DNA of 64,000 nucleotides from Candidatus Omnitrophota bacterium (lineage in GTDB: Bacteria > Omnitrophota > Gorgyraeia > Zapsychrales > JBAZNR01), in the NCBI GenBank assembly GCA_041649175.1, contig JBAZNR010000003.1, positions 207,449-271,448 on the forward strand, given 5' to 3'. The notes beneath the pieces were generated by a model, which saw only the letters and a list, made by a program, of their open reading frames with translations, was not told where the DNA came from and ran no database searches. A program made the translations under genes and the position numbers. Positions 50,344 to 59,389 of this stretch are shown one piece after another. How positions within the stretch are numbered: the stretch's first letter is position 1; every line of letters starts with the position of its first letter.

Positions 50344-50550
50344 ATGCCATTACCAAAGAGACAGCATTCCAAACAGCGCGGGCGTAAACGCCGTACACAT
50401 TGGAAGATCCGGGTTCCGGGTTTTAGCGTTTGCTCGCAGTGCAAGAAACCCATTTTGCCTCATCGCGTTTGCCCGTTTTGCGGCGCGTACAAAGGCCAGC
50501 AGATCGTCGAAGTTGCGGTAAAAGCGGACAAGAAAAAGAAAAAAGGCTAG
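50344..50550 (+). CDS. rpmF: 50S ribosomal protein L32
   Basis: 'PKRQHSKQRGRKRRTHWKI...C-x2-C...C-x2-C'; SD 'aggag' 8 nt upstream of the ATG at 50344. Confidence 0.85.
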   Translation: MPLPKRQHSKQRGRKRRTHWKIRVPGFSVCSQCKKPILPHRVCPFCGAYKGQQIVEVAVKADKKKKKG

Positions 50551-50580
50551 CTTTCAGCTGTCAGCTGAAGACTGAAAGCT
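50549..50580. repeat. Palindromic hairpin agctttcag-ctgtcagctgaagact-gaaagct (same core as 24555-24597)
   Basis: Read directly from the sequence; likely a weak terminator/attenuator between rpmF and plsX. Confidence 0.6.
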
Positions 50581-50595
50581 TTAAAGGAGTTTCTC

Positions 50596-51579
50596 TTGAA
50601 AATCGTCGTTGATGCGATGGGCGGTGATTACGCGCCGACAGCTGTTATTGCCGGGGCTATCAGCGCCATTAAAGAATTAAATGTCAAAATTGTTTTTGTC
50701 GGACAAGAAGATGTTATTAAAAAAGAATTAAGCCGCTATCAATATTCTCCGGAAGATGTCGAGATCGTCCATGCGCCGGAAGCCATTGATATGCATGAGC
50801 CGGCCACATCCAGTATCCGCACGAAAAAAAATTCTTCCATTTCTATCGGAGTTAATCTTTTAAAACAACCATCTTATGATGCTTTTGTCAGCGCCGGAAA
50901 TACCGGCGCGGTCGTTTGTGCGGCTACTATTTATTTAGGGATGATCAAAGGCATTGACCGGCCCGGCATCGGTTTAGTTATTCCAACCTTAAATCGTTTT
51001 GCTTTTCTTATTGATGTTGGCGCCAATCCTGACCCAAAACCGGAACACCTTTTGCAATATTCGCTGATGAGCCGTGTTTACGCGCAGGAAGTTTTAAGAA
51101 TTGAAAATCCGTCGGTAGGACTTTTAAACATCGGCGAAGAAGAAGGCAAGGGAACTGATTTTGCCAAAGAAACACACAAGCTTCTTTCTGAACGTGTTAA
51201 AAATTTTATCGGTAATGTTGAGCCGAATGAACTTTTTTCCGGAAAATGCAGTTGTATCGTTAGTGACGGATTTACCGGAAATATCATGATCAAAGTCTCT
51301 GAAGGATTAATGGAATCCATCGCCACACTTCTAAAACGCGAGATCAAAAAAAGCCCCATGGCCTTAGCCGGAGCCGCACTTTTAAAACCTTGCCTTAATG
51401 ATATTAAAAAATATGCCGATTATTCCGAATATGGCGGAGCGCCTTTGCTTGGCGTTAACGGCATTGTCATGATCAGCCACGGCCGCTCTAGCCCAAAAGC
51501 TATAAAAAATGCCATTCGCGCGGCCAAGCGAGAAGTTGAACACAACATTCTTGCGGCGATCATCAAAGAGGTTGGTTGA
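50596..51579 (+). CDS. plsX: Phosphate acyltransferase PlsX
   Basis: 'KIVVDAMGGDYAP' N-terminus, 'SAGNTGA', 'DGFTGN'. Confidence 0.85.
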   Translation: MKIVVDAMGGDYAPTAVIAGAISAIKELNVKIVFVGQEDVIKKELSRYQYSPEDVEIVHAPEAIDMHEPATSSIRTKKNSSISIGVNLLKQPSYDAFVSAGNTGAVVCAATIYLGMIKGIDRPGIGLVIPTLNRFAFLIDVGANPDPKPEHLLQYSLMSRVYAQEVLRIENPSVGLLNIGEEEGKGTDFAKETHKLLSERVKNFIGNVEPNELFSGKCSCIVSDGFTGNIMIKVSEGLMESIATLLKREIKKSPMALAGAALLKPCLNDIKKYADYSEYGGAPLLGVNGIVMISHGRSSPKAIKNAIRAAKREVEHNILAAIIKEVG

Positions 51580-52565
51580 TGCGTCACGTCGGTATTCTCG
51601 GTTTAGGATCTTATCTTCCCGAACAAAAACTTACCAATTCAGATCTAGCAAAAATTGTCGAAACATCCGATGAGTGGATCATGTCACGCACCGGCATTAA
51701 AGAACGCCGTGTGGTCGCCAAAGGCGAAAAAACAAGTGATCTGGCTATCGGCGCCGCCAAAGATGCTTTAAAAAATTCTCATCTTGATGCTTCCAAGATC
51801 GATTTGATCGTGGTGGCAACCGTCACTCCTGATAGCAATTTTCCCTCGGTGTCTTGTTTGGTTCAAAAAGCCATTGGCGCCAAACATGCCGCCGGATTTG
51901 ATATCAGCGCGGCTTGCGCGGGTTATCTTTACGCGCTTACAACCGCCAAACAATTTATCCAAACCGGGCTTTATAACTGCGCGCTGGTCATTGCCGCCGA
52001 AAATATGACTTCCATTATTGATTGGACCGATAGAGGCACGTGCGTTTTGTTTGGCGACGGAGCAGGGGCTTGCGTTTTAGGCGTTGAAGAAAAGAAAAAT
52101 CACGGCATTCTTGCCGATCATCTGGAGAATTTTGGAAATCTCTCTGATTTGATGTCGGTGGTCGTCGAAGGAAGGCGTCATCCGTCTCAAAAGGCGGCTG
52201 AAAAATCCAAATTGCCTTATGTGGTGATGGACGGAAAAGAGATCTTTAAAGTCGCGGTCAATTCCATGGCCGAGGCGGTTGAAAAAGTCGCTAAAAAAGC
52301 AGGCTTAAAACTATCTGATATCGATTGCATCGTTCCGCATCAGGCCAATGACCGTATTATTTCGGCGGTGGCAAAAAAGCTGGATGTCCCGAAAGAAAAA
52401 ATCTTTATCAATATTGATAAATATGGAAATATGTCCGCCGCCTCCATTGCGGTGGCTTTTCATGAAGCGGTACAGCAAGGCCGAATTAAAAAAGGTGATT
52501 ATGTGGCGCTGGTGGCATTCGGTGCTGGCTTGGTTGCGGCGGCGAATATCGTGAGGTGGGCATGA
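51576..52565 (+). CDS. fabH: 3-oxoacyl-ACP synthase III
   Basis: Active-site Cys 'AACAGYLYAL', 'VPHQANDRI', 'GNMSAAS'; 329 aa. Confidence 0.85.
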   Translation: MMRHVGILGLGSYLPEQKLTNSDLAKIVETSDEWIMSRTGIKERRVVAKGEKTSDLAIGAAKDALKNSHLDASKIDLIVVATVTPDSNFPSVSCLVQKAIGAKHAAGFDISAACAGYLYALTTAKQFIQTGLYNCALVIAAENMTSIIDWTDRGTCVLFGDGAGACVLGVEEKKNHGILADHLENFGNLSDLMSVVVEGRRHPSQKAAEKSKLPYVVMDGKEIFKVAVNSMAEAVEKVAKKAGLKLSDIDCIVPHQANDRIISAVAKKLDVPKEKIFINIDKYGNMSAASIAVAFHEAVQQGRIKKGDYVALVAFGAGLVAAANIVRWA

Positions 52566-53485
52566 AAAATATTGCATTAATATTTCCCGGTCAAGGCGCG
52601 CAAAAGGTTGGCATGGGCAAAGAATTCTTTGAAAGCTCAGCCGCGGCCAAAGAGATCTTTCAAAAAGCTGATGATATTTTAAAGGTCAATTTATCCGACG
52701 TTATTTTTAACGGCCCCGCCGAAAAACTCACCTCAACGGCTTTTTGTCAGCCGGCGATCTTTACTTTTAGTGTTGCCGCTTTAAAGGCGTTTGAGGCTCA
52801 TCCAAAATTTAAAGATATTTCGCCAACATTTTGCGCCGGATTAAGTTTAGGCGAATACTCGGCGCTGGTTTCTTGCAATGCGCTTTCCTTTGAAGAAGGA
52901 TTGAAGCTCGTAGAGCGGCGTTCTTTTTTCATGGATGAAGCAACGCGTAAAGAAAAAGGCGCCATGGCGGCGGTGATCGGCTTTCCAAAAGATCTTTTAA
53001 GCGAAATATGCAAAGAAACAGGCGCTCAAGTGGCTAATTTTAATTCACCGGAGCAGATCGTGATCACCGGTGAAGCACAAAAGGTTGCGGCGGCTTGCGA
53101 GAAAATTCGCGCTCAAGGTGCCAAGACAGTTATTCCTTTGGATGTAGCGGGAGCGTTTCACTCCAGCCTTATGCAGTCTGCCGTCGGCCCATTTGAACAG
53201 GAATTAGCAAAAGCAAAATTCTTAACGCCAAAATTTCCTATCCTTAGTAATGTTGACGCTGTTGCAACAACGGATGCGCGGCTTATTCGTGAAAACTTAG
53301 CTAAGCAAATTACATCATCGGTGCGCTGGGACGATTCTGTTCGTTTTATGGCTCAGCAGGGCATTACGGAGTTTATTGAGATTGGTCCGGGTAAGGTCCT
53401 CAAAGGACTTATGCGCAAGATCAATCCCGCTTTAAAAGTTTACAACATCGAAACCCTAGCTGATTTAGAAGCGCTTCCATTTTAG
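52556..53485 (+). CDS. fabD: Malonyl-CoA:ACP transacylase
   Basis: 'IFPGQGAQKVGMG', active-site 'GLSLGEYSA', 'AFHS'. Confidence 0.85.
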   Translation: MGMKNIALIFPGQGAQKVGMGKEFFESSAAAKEIFQKADDILKVNLSDVIFNGPAEKLTSTAFCQPAIFTFSVAALKAFEAHPKFKDISPTFCAGLSLGEYSALVSCNALSFEEGLKLVERRSFFMDEATRKEKGAMAAVIGFPKDLLSEICKETGAQVANFNSPEQIVITGEAQKVAAACEKIRAQGAKTVIPLDVAGAFHSSLMQSAVGPFEQELAKAKFLTPKFPILSNVDAVATTDARLIRENLAKQITSSVRWDDSVRFMAQQGITEFIEIGPGKVLKGLMRKINPALKVYNIETLADLEALPF

Positions 53486-53541
53486 TTTGCGCGTATCATC
53501 AACCTTCCTAAGCAGTTAAAGCTAATTCCTCGTATTCTTTC

Positions 53542-53570
53542 TTGACGGTTGCCTTCCGTTCGCCTAATAT
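53542..53570 (+). promoter_or_regulatory. Sigma70-like promoter
   Basis: TTGACG, 17 nt, TAATAT, upstream of the hotdog gene. Confidence 0.5.
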
Positions 53571-53585
53571 AAATACATATACATT

Positions 53586-54017
53586 ATGCCGGAACTGACT
53601 TTTGACGAATTGCGAAAAATTCTACCTCAAGCGTATCCTTTCTTGATGATCGACAGAGTTGTTGATTACAAAGAAGGCGAAAGTCTCGTCGCTGTTAAAA
53701 ATATCACGGCTAATGAATGGTGTTTTGAAGGCGATCCGGAAAACGGGGTTTTCCCCGAAACGCTTCTCATGGAAACCGCCGCGCAAGCCGGCATCATCTT
53801 GCATCATTTAAGTAAAATTAAGGAGGGTGAAAATCCCATTTTTTTCTTAGGAAAAACCACCGCGAATTTTTTAGGTCAAGCAAAGATCGGCGATCAGTTG
53901 CAGATCAAGGTTTCAAACGGAAAAATGCTCGATACAAGCGGATATTGCACAATTAATATCTTATCCAAAGAAGAAAAGATCGCGGATGTTGAGATCTTTT
54001 ATAAGGTGAAAAAATAA
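53586..54017 (+). CDS. FabZ/FabA-like hotdog-fold protein lacking the canonical catalytic His
   Basis: 'YPFLMIDRVVDY...VAVKNITANEWCFEGDPENGVFPETLLMETAAQ' aligns with the FabZ 'FxGHFP' region, but His is replaced (PENGVFP). Confidence 0.55.
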   Translation: MPELTFDELRKILPQAYPFLMIDRVVDYKEGESLVAVKNITANEWCFEGDPENGVFPETLLMETAAQAGIILHHLSKIKEGENPIFFLGKTTANFLGQAKIGDQLQIKVSNGKMLDTSGYCTINILSKEEKIADVEIFYKVKK

Positions 54018-55246
54018 TGGCCGCAGGAAAGAATTATAAACGTGTTGTTATTACCGGGCTTGGCGTGGTTTCTTCTTTAGGGATTGGCTGGGAAGATTTT
54101 TGGCCGAACATCATGGCCGGTAAAAGCGGCATTAGTAAAATTGAATCCTTCGATACAGCTCCCTACGACCGTCACTTTGGCGGGGAAGTTAAGAATTTCA
54201 ATCCTGAGCATTTTATCGATAAGCGAAAAATCCCCCAATTAGGCCGCGCGTCGCAAATGGCTATCGCGGCAAGTAAACTCGCCCTTAAGGATGCAAAAAT
54301 TAAACTGGATGAGTTGGCAAAGCGAAAATGCGGCGTTTGCATCGGAACGACGATGGGGGAATCTCAGGCCATCGAAAGCATGGTCAAGCAGATTACGGAT
54401 TCAGGGCGGTTTAACGCAAAGAAAATCCTTATTTTAGAATATCCGGCTGATTCAATTGCGGCAAATGTTTCCCGTTATTTTGGTTTTAAAGAAAGAAGCT
54501 TTTTATTTGCTAATGCTTGTGCGGCGGGTAATTATTCTATTGGCTATGCTCACGATCTGATCTCATCCGGAAAAGCGGAGTATATGCTTGCCGGTGGCGC
54601 TGACGCTTTGTCGCGCATTGCTTTTACCGGTTTTGGCCGGCTTTACGCGATGGCGCCGGAGAAATGCCAACCTTTTGATAAAAATCGCAAAGGAATGATG
54701 TTGGGAGAAGGTTCCGGGATCCTTTTTCTAGAAAGCTTGGATAGCGCAAAGAAACGAAAAGCCCATATTTATGCCGAAATTTTAGGATACGGTTTGTCCT
54801 GCGATGCTTTTGAAATGACGGCGCCAAAGATTGAAGGTGTTGTCAAGGCTATGGAAAGATCAATTAAGCAATCTGGAATTCAAAAAGAGGAGATCAGTTA
54901 TGTGAGCGCTCACGGAACGGGAACTCCTGAAAATGATACAGCCGAATGTCAGGCGATCAATAAGGCCCTCGGCTCAAACACTCCTAAGGTTCCGGTCAGT
55001 TCTATTAAATCGATGTTGGGCCATACCATGGGAGCAGCCGCGGCTCTTGAAGCCATTGCGTGCTGTTTATCCATTGAAAAGCAAGAAGTCCCGCCGACCA
55101 TAAATTTAGAAGCGCAGGACCCTGAGTGTAAAATTGATTGCGTTCCCGGTAAAGGGCGCAAACACAAAGTTGGGACAGTGTTGAATAATTCCCAGGCGTT
55201 TGGCGGAAATAACGCGTGTGTAGCCATGCGACGCTATGCTCAATAA
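54017..55246 (+). CDS. Beta-ketoacyl-ACP synthase I/II (FabF/FabB-like)
   Basis: Active-site Cys 'ANACAAGNYSIGYA', 'SAHGTGTPENDTAE', 'SMLGHTMGAAAALE'. Confidence 0.8.
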   Translation: MAAGKNYKRVVITGLGVVSSLGIGWEDFWPNIMAGKSGISKIESFDTAPYDRHFGGEVKNFNPEHFIDKRKIPQLGRASQMAIAASKLALKDAKIKLDELAKRKCGVCIGTTMGESQAIESMVKQITDSGRFNAKKILILEYPADSIAANVSRYFGFKERSFLFANACAAGNYSIGYAHDLISSGKAEYMLAGGADALSRIAFTGFGRLYAMAPEKCQPFDKNRKGMMLGEGSGILFLESLDSAKKRKAHIYAEILGYGLSCDAFEMTAPKIEGVVKAMERSIKQSGIQKEEISYVSAHGTGTPENDTAECQAINKALGSNTPKVPVSSIKSMLGHTMGAAAALEAIACCLSIEKQEVPPTINLEAQDPECKIDCVPGKGRKHKVGTVLNNSQAFGGNNACVAMRRYAQ

Positions 55247-56891
55247 TGAACTTCATCTCAATCCGTTTGCGATTTCAAATTTGCTGACGGCGTTTACTTG
55301 CATTATCCTCTCAGCCATTCTCTTTCTTTGCGGTAAAACAAAATTAAGTTTTGTTTATGGTTTGCACACATGTTGTGTCGCTCTCTGGGGTTTTGGGGGC
55401 TTTCTCTCGACGTCCAGTGTTTCCAGTGTAAGCGCATTTTTCTGGTGGAAGATTGCTTTTTCTGCAGTTATATTTATTCCAATCTTGTTTTTGCATGCCA
55501 TTTTCATTTTAGTTTCTCAGCGTAATATTCTTATTTTATTAGCATGTTATAGTGCGGGAGTATTCTTTCTAGTCTTAAATTTCAATGGAGTACTTTTTAC
55601 CGATGTTATGTTTATGTTTGATTCTTTTTATTACCTAAGGGGTAAATGGCCTTATTTAGCACTCTTCATCTGTTGGATTCTCGCGGTAGTTTACGGACAC
55701 TATCTTCTTATACGATTTATTGGTGAACAAAAAGACAAACATTACTTACTCTTCGTTACGTCAACTATTGTGGGCTTCTTAGGTGGTGCGTCAAATTTTC
55801 TGCCAGGATTCGGCATTAACTTATATCCTATTGCAAGCTTTCTGATTCCTGTATATTTTGTGGTAATTTCATATGCAGTATTAAAACATCAGATACTTGA
55901 CATAAATCTTATTATCCAAAAAAGCGTTGTTTATTCAATCTCAGTTGCAATTATTACAGCTATATATTTTATGTTTATTCTGGGAATTGGGCAGCTATTC
56001 CAGGGGCTAATTGGGTCGCAGTCTTTTTTGATGAATTTATTTGCTGTTTTGATGATTGCGATTTTATTCAATCCCTTGAGGGAGCAGGTTCAGCGGTTTA
56101 TTGACCGATATTTCTTTCAAGGAACCTTGGAATCTTTGGCTCAGGAAAAGCAGCGTTTGCAACAGGAGCTTTATCACAAAGAAAAACTTGCCTATATCGG
56201 CCAGCTTGCGAGTTCTGTTGTTCATGAAATAAAAAACCCGCTAACAGCCATAAAAACTTTTGTTGATTATTTACCGCAGAAATATAATGATGTGGATTTC
56301 AGAGAAAAGTTTTCTCGCCTTATTCCCGGAGAAGTTGAGCGTATTGATAGAGTGGTGGGGCAATTATTAAACCTCGCGAAGCCTCGGCAAGTTAACTTAA
56401 AGCCCCTTAATGTTTTAACCGTGATCGATACAACGCTTGCGCTTTTGCAAGACAATCTTACCTTAAAGAAAATCAGTGTTCAGAGAGATTTTTCCGTAAA
56501 TGAAGCTATAATAAATGGTGATGAAGAACAGCTTCGCCAGGTGTTCTTAAATTTGTTTCTAAATGCTATTCAGGCGATGGATAAAGGGGGAACGCTTACT
56601 GTTGAGGCTAAAGACTACAGACCAAAGACCAAAGCCCAGAAATCAGATGATCCTTTAGTCTTGAGTCTTGAGTCTGGAGTCTATCAAATTACGATAACCG
56701 ACACCGGTTGTGGAATTTCCGAAGAGAGCTTGAAGAAGCTTTTCACGCCTTTTGTAACAACAAAAAAGGATGGGATTGGTTTAGGTCTTAGTATTTCGCA
56801 AGAAATTATTCTGTCGCATGGTGGGATGATTATGGCTGAAAGTAAATTAGGCAAGGGAACAAAATTTACGATTGAATTACCGAGGGATTGA
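55236..56891 (+). CDS. Sensor histidine kinase with an N-terminal 7TM receptor module (7TMR-DISM-like)
   Basis: Seven hydrophobic helices, then HisKA 'VHEIKNPLTAI', then HATPase N-box 'FLNAIQAM' and G-boxes 'DTGCGIS...GIGLGLSIS'. Confidence 0.75.
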   Translation: MLNNELHLNPFAISNLLTAFTCIILSAILFLCGKTKLSFVYGLHTCCVALWGFGGFLSTSSVSSVSAFFWWKIAFSAVIFIPILFLHAIFILVSQRNILILLACYSAGVFFLVLNFNGVLFTDVMFMFDSFYYLRGKWPYLALFICWILAVVYGHYLLIRFIGEQKDKHYLLFVTSTIVGFLGGASNFLPGFGINLYPIASFLIPVYFVVISYAVLKHQILDINLIIQKSVVYSISVAIITAIYFMFILGIGQLFQGLIGSQSFLMNLFAVLMIAILFNPLREQVQRFIDRYFFQGTLESLAQEKQRLQQELYHKEKLAYIGQLASSVVHEIKNPLTAIKTFVDYLPQKYNDVDFREKFSRLIPGEVERIDRVVGQLLNLAKPRQVNLKPLNVLTVIDTTLALLQDNLTLKKISVQRDFSVNEAIINGDEEQLRQVFLNLFLNAIQAMDKGGTLTVEAKDYRPKTKAQKSDDPLVLSLESGVYQITITDTGCGISEESLKKLFTPFVTTKKDGIGLGLSISQEIILSHGGMIMAESKLGKGTKFTIELPRD

Positions 56892-58293
56892 GTTGAAAAA
56901 GGAAGAATACGACGTAATCATTGTTGGCGCCGGGATAGGCGGATTGGTTTCTGCTTCTTATATAAGTAAGGCAGGAAAGAAAGTCTTAGTTTTGGAATGT
57001 TCAAGGCATAGTGGGGGATGTTGCGCATCGTTTGAGGCGAATGGTTTTCAGTTTGATCCTTTTGTTCATTCTCTTGGTAGCTGTAGAAAGGGTGGACGTG
57101 TTTCTAGCTTTCTTTCTGAATTTAAACTGAACGGTAAATTATCTATTCAGAGATATAATCCTTCTGATATTGTGATTAGCGGAGAAAAGCAAATTAGATT
57201 TTGGAATACTAGAAAAGCTTTGCTTGAGGAGCTTTCCGCAAACTTTCCAGAGGAAGGTATCGCTATCCATAATTTCTTATCATTTGTTTCTAGTTCAAGC
57301 GAGAAAGTTCTCCTGATTCGCTTGCAGGGTCTTAGTCTTGCGGAGTTATTGGACAGTTATTTCAAGAATAGTCTCTTAAAATCAGTCTTGGGGGTATTGA
57401 TACTGGGAAATGCAGGGCTTCCCCCGTCTCTTGTGTCTGCTTATTTTTCTGTTTTTGTTTTTAGGGACTTTATTTTTGATGGGGGCTACTATGTAAAGGG
57501 TGGGATACAAGAGTTTGCGAATGTAATTGCTGAGAATCTAAATAGAATGGGAGCTGACATTCTATTTGCCTCAGAAGTAAGTTCAGTACAAAACTCTGAT
57601 CAAATCTTTGATGTCACTACTGTAGACGGACGAAGTTATCGCAGCCAAAAAGTAATTTTAAATTGTTCCATTTATGAGTCGAATCGGATTCTTAATACTG
57701 AGAGAGAAAAAATTCCTTGTGACATTAAGCCTTCTTTATCAGCATTTACATTGTATTTGGGCATGGATGACAAGCTTGCTATTGACGATAATCTGCTCGC
57801 CAATGTTTGGTACTTACCACAGCCAAACTTGGAAAAAATGTATGCAGATATTTCTTCCGGAAATTTTACCAGTAAGAATGTTTATCTCTTGATGTATTTC
57901 TCAGAGTTTTTCCGGAAGAAGAAAAATAAGACCATCTCTATTTTTGTTAATGCGCCATATTCTGAAGATTTGTTTGGAAAAAATAAAGATGGCCAGTTTA
58001 TAAATGACATTCTCTCTAAAGCAGAGGTGGTTGTTCCTCAGCTTAGAAAGCATATAGTATTCCTAAAGAATTTTTCTCCAGTTGGAATTAATAAATATAT
58101 TCGAAGCTATATGGGCGCAACCTATGGTGCTTCTCCGACAGTTGCCCAATGTTACAACCGAAAAGTTTTACAGCGTCTAAATTCAGTTCCAAAATTATAT
58201 TTTGTTGGGCATTGGACAACACAAGGTTTCGGCGTTCCAGCTGTTGTGGATTTAGCAAGGCGAAAAGCAGGGCAAATTCTAAACGAGAATTGA
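56872..58293 (+). CDS. FAD-dependent oxidoreductase (CrtI/amine-oxidase-like)
   Basis: 'YDVIIVGAGIGGLVSA...VLVLE' dinucleotide-binding motif; about 470 aa. Confidence 0.65.
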   Translation: MNYRGIELKKEEYDVIIVGAGIGGLVSASYISKAGKKVLVLECSRHSGGCCASFEANGFQFDPFVHSLGSCRKGGRVSSFLSEFKLNGKLSIQRYNPSDIVISGEKQIRFWNTRKALLEELSANFPEEGIAIHNFLSFVSSSSEKVLLIRLQGLSLAELLDSYFKNSLLKSVLGVLILGNAGLPPSLVSAYFSVFVFRDFIFDGGYYVKGGIQEFANVIAENLNRMGADILFASEVSSVQNSDQIFDVTTVDGRSYRSQKVILNCSIYESNRILNTEREKIPCDIKPSLSAFTLYLGMDDKLAIDDNLLANVWYLPQPNLEKMYADISSGNFTSKNVYLLMYFSEFFRKKKNKTISIFVNAPYSEDLFGKNKDGQFINDILSKAEVVVPQLRKHIVFLKNFSPVGINKYIRSYMGATYGASPTVAQCYNRKVLQRLNSVPKLYFVGHWTTQGFGVPAVVDLARRKAGQILNEN

Positions 58294-58300
58294 GCATTAA

Positions 58301-59386
58301 ATGATAAAAAGAGACACAATATTGTTAACCGGCGGAACTGGCATGGTTGGATCTTTTATGCTCTATTTATTATTGCTCAAAGGCCATAAGGTTTTCTGTT
58401 TAGTCAGGAAAAATCCAGGAGTGTCTTCAAGAAAACGAGTAGTTGATGTTTTAAAATTCTGGGGAGGAAAAAATTTTCTTGCTAAGAAACATCTAAGATT
58501 TTTAAACGTAATTGATGGCGATATCACTAAGGTTAAATTGGGAGTATCTTCAATAGTTCAAGAAAAGCTTTGTCGCGAAATTAATGCAATATTTCACTTT
58601 GCGGCGTTGACTAATTTTAAGTGTTCGTCAGAAATCTTAACTGATGTAAATATTCGCGGGACGCGAAATATCTTAGATTTTGGAGTAAATTGCTTACACC
58701 ATGGAAATCGCGTGAAAGTCTATCACATGAGCACGGCTTATGTTTGCGGTAGTTATAAAGGGCGTTTTTCAGAGGCCGATTTTGATTTAGGTCAGTCGTT
58801 TACTATCCCGTATGAGTGGAGCAAATTTGAAGCAGAGAAAATTGTTAGACAGTATCGGGGGAAGGGGCTGGAAGTTGATATCTTGAGAGCACCCGCGATA
58901 ATCGGAGAGGCTGCTACTGGGAAAGCATTAACTTTTAGTCAATCGTTTTATCAAGCGCTCAGAATATTAAGCAAGAGAATATTTTCAGAGTTACCATGCA
59001 AAAATACAAGTTTTAATATCGTTTTTATTGATGATCTTTGCAAAAGCATCTATCGTATTTTCTCAAAGTCGACCTTAAAAAATTCCTGCTACCACTTGTT
59101 TAATTCTACGCCACTACCCGTTGATAATTTCTTATTGCTTGCAAGTAAGTTTTTAAGGATCAAAGCTCCTAAGTTTATATACCCGAATCGGAAATGGCAG
59201 AAAAAACTTACAGCTACAGAAAGAGCTATACTGAAATTTAATTTTTCATTCTTGTCTAGAAAGCTAAAATTGGATTCTAGAAAAACTAATCGTTATTTGC
59301 AGGAGATTGGATTCCAATTTTTGGAATATAAAAATAATCATCTTAAAAAAATATTGTTTTACATGAAAAACTCGAAAGCAATTTAA
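58301..59386 (+). CDS. NAD-dependent epimerase/dehydratase-fold protein (thioester reductase / fatty acyl-CoA reductase-like NAD_binding_4)
   Basis: 'LLTGGTGMVGSFML', 'YHMSTAYVCG', 'YEWSKFEAEKIV' (YxxxK). Confidence 0.55.
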   Translation: MIKRDTILLTGGTGMVGSFMLYLLLLKGHKVFCLVRKNPGVSSRKRVVDVLKFWGGKNFLAKKHLRFLNVIDGDITKVKLGVSSIVQEKLCREINAIFHFAALTNFKCSSEILTDVNIRGTRNILDFGVNCLHHGNRVKVYHMSTAYVCGSYKGRFSEADFDLGQSFTIPYEWSKFEAEKIVRQYRGKGLEVDILRAPAIIGEAATGKALTFSQSFYQALRILSKRIFSELPCKNTSFNIVFIDDLCKSIYRIFSKSTLKNSCYHLFNSTPLPVDNFLLLASKFLRIKAPKFIYPNRKWQKKLTATERAILKFNFSFLSRKLKLDSRKTNRYLQEIGFQFLEYKNNHLKKILFYMKNSKAI

Positions 59387-59389
59387 GAA

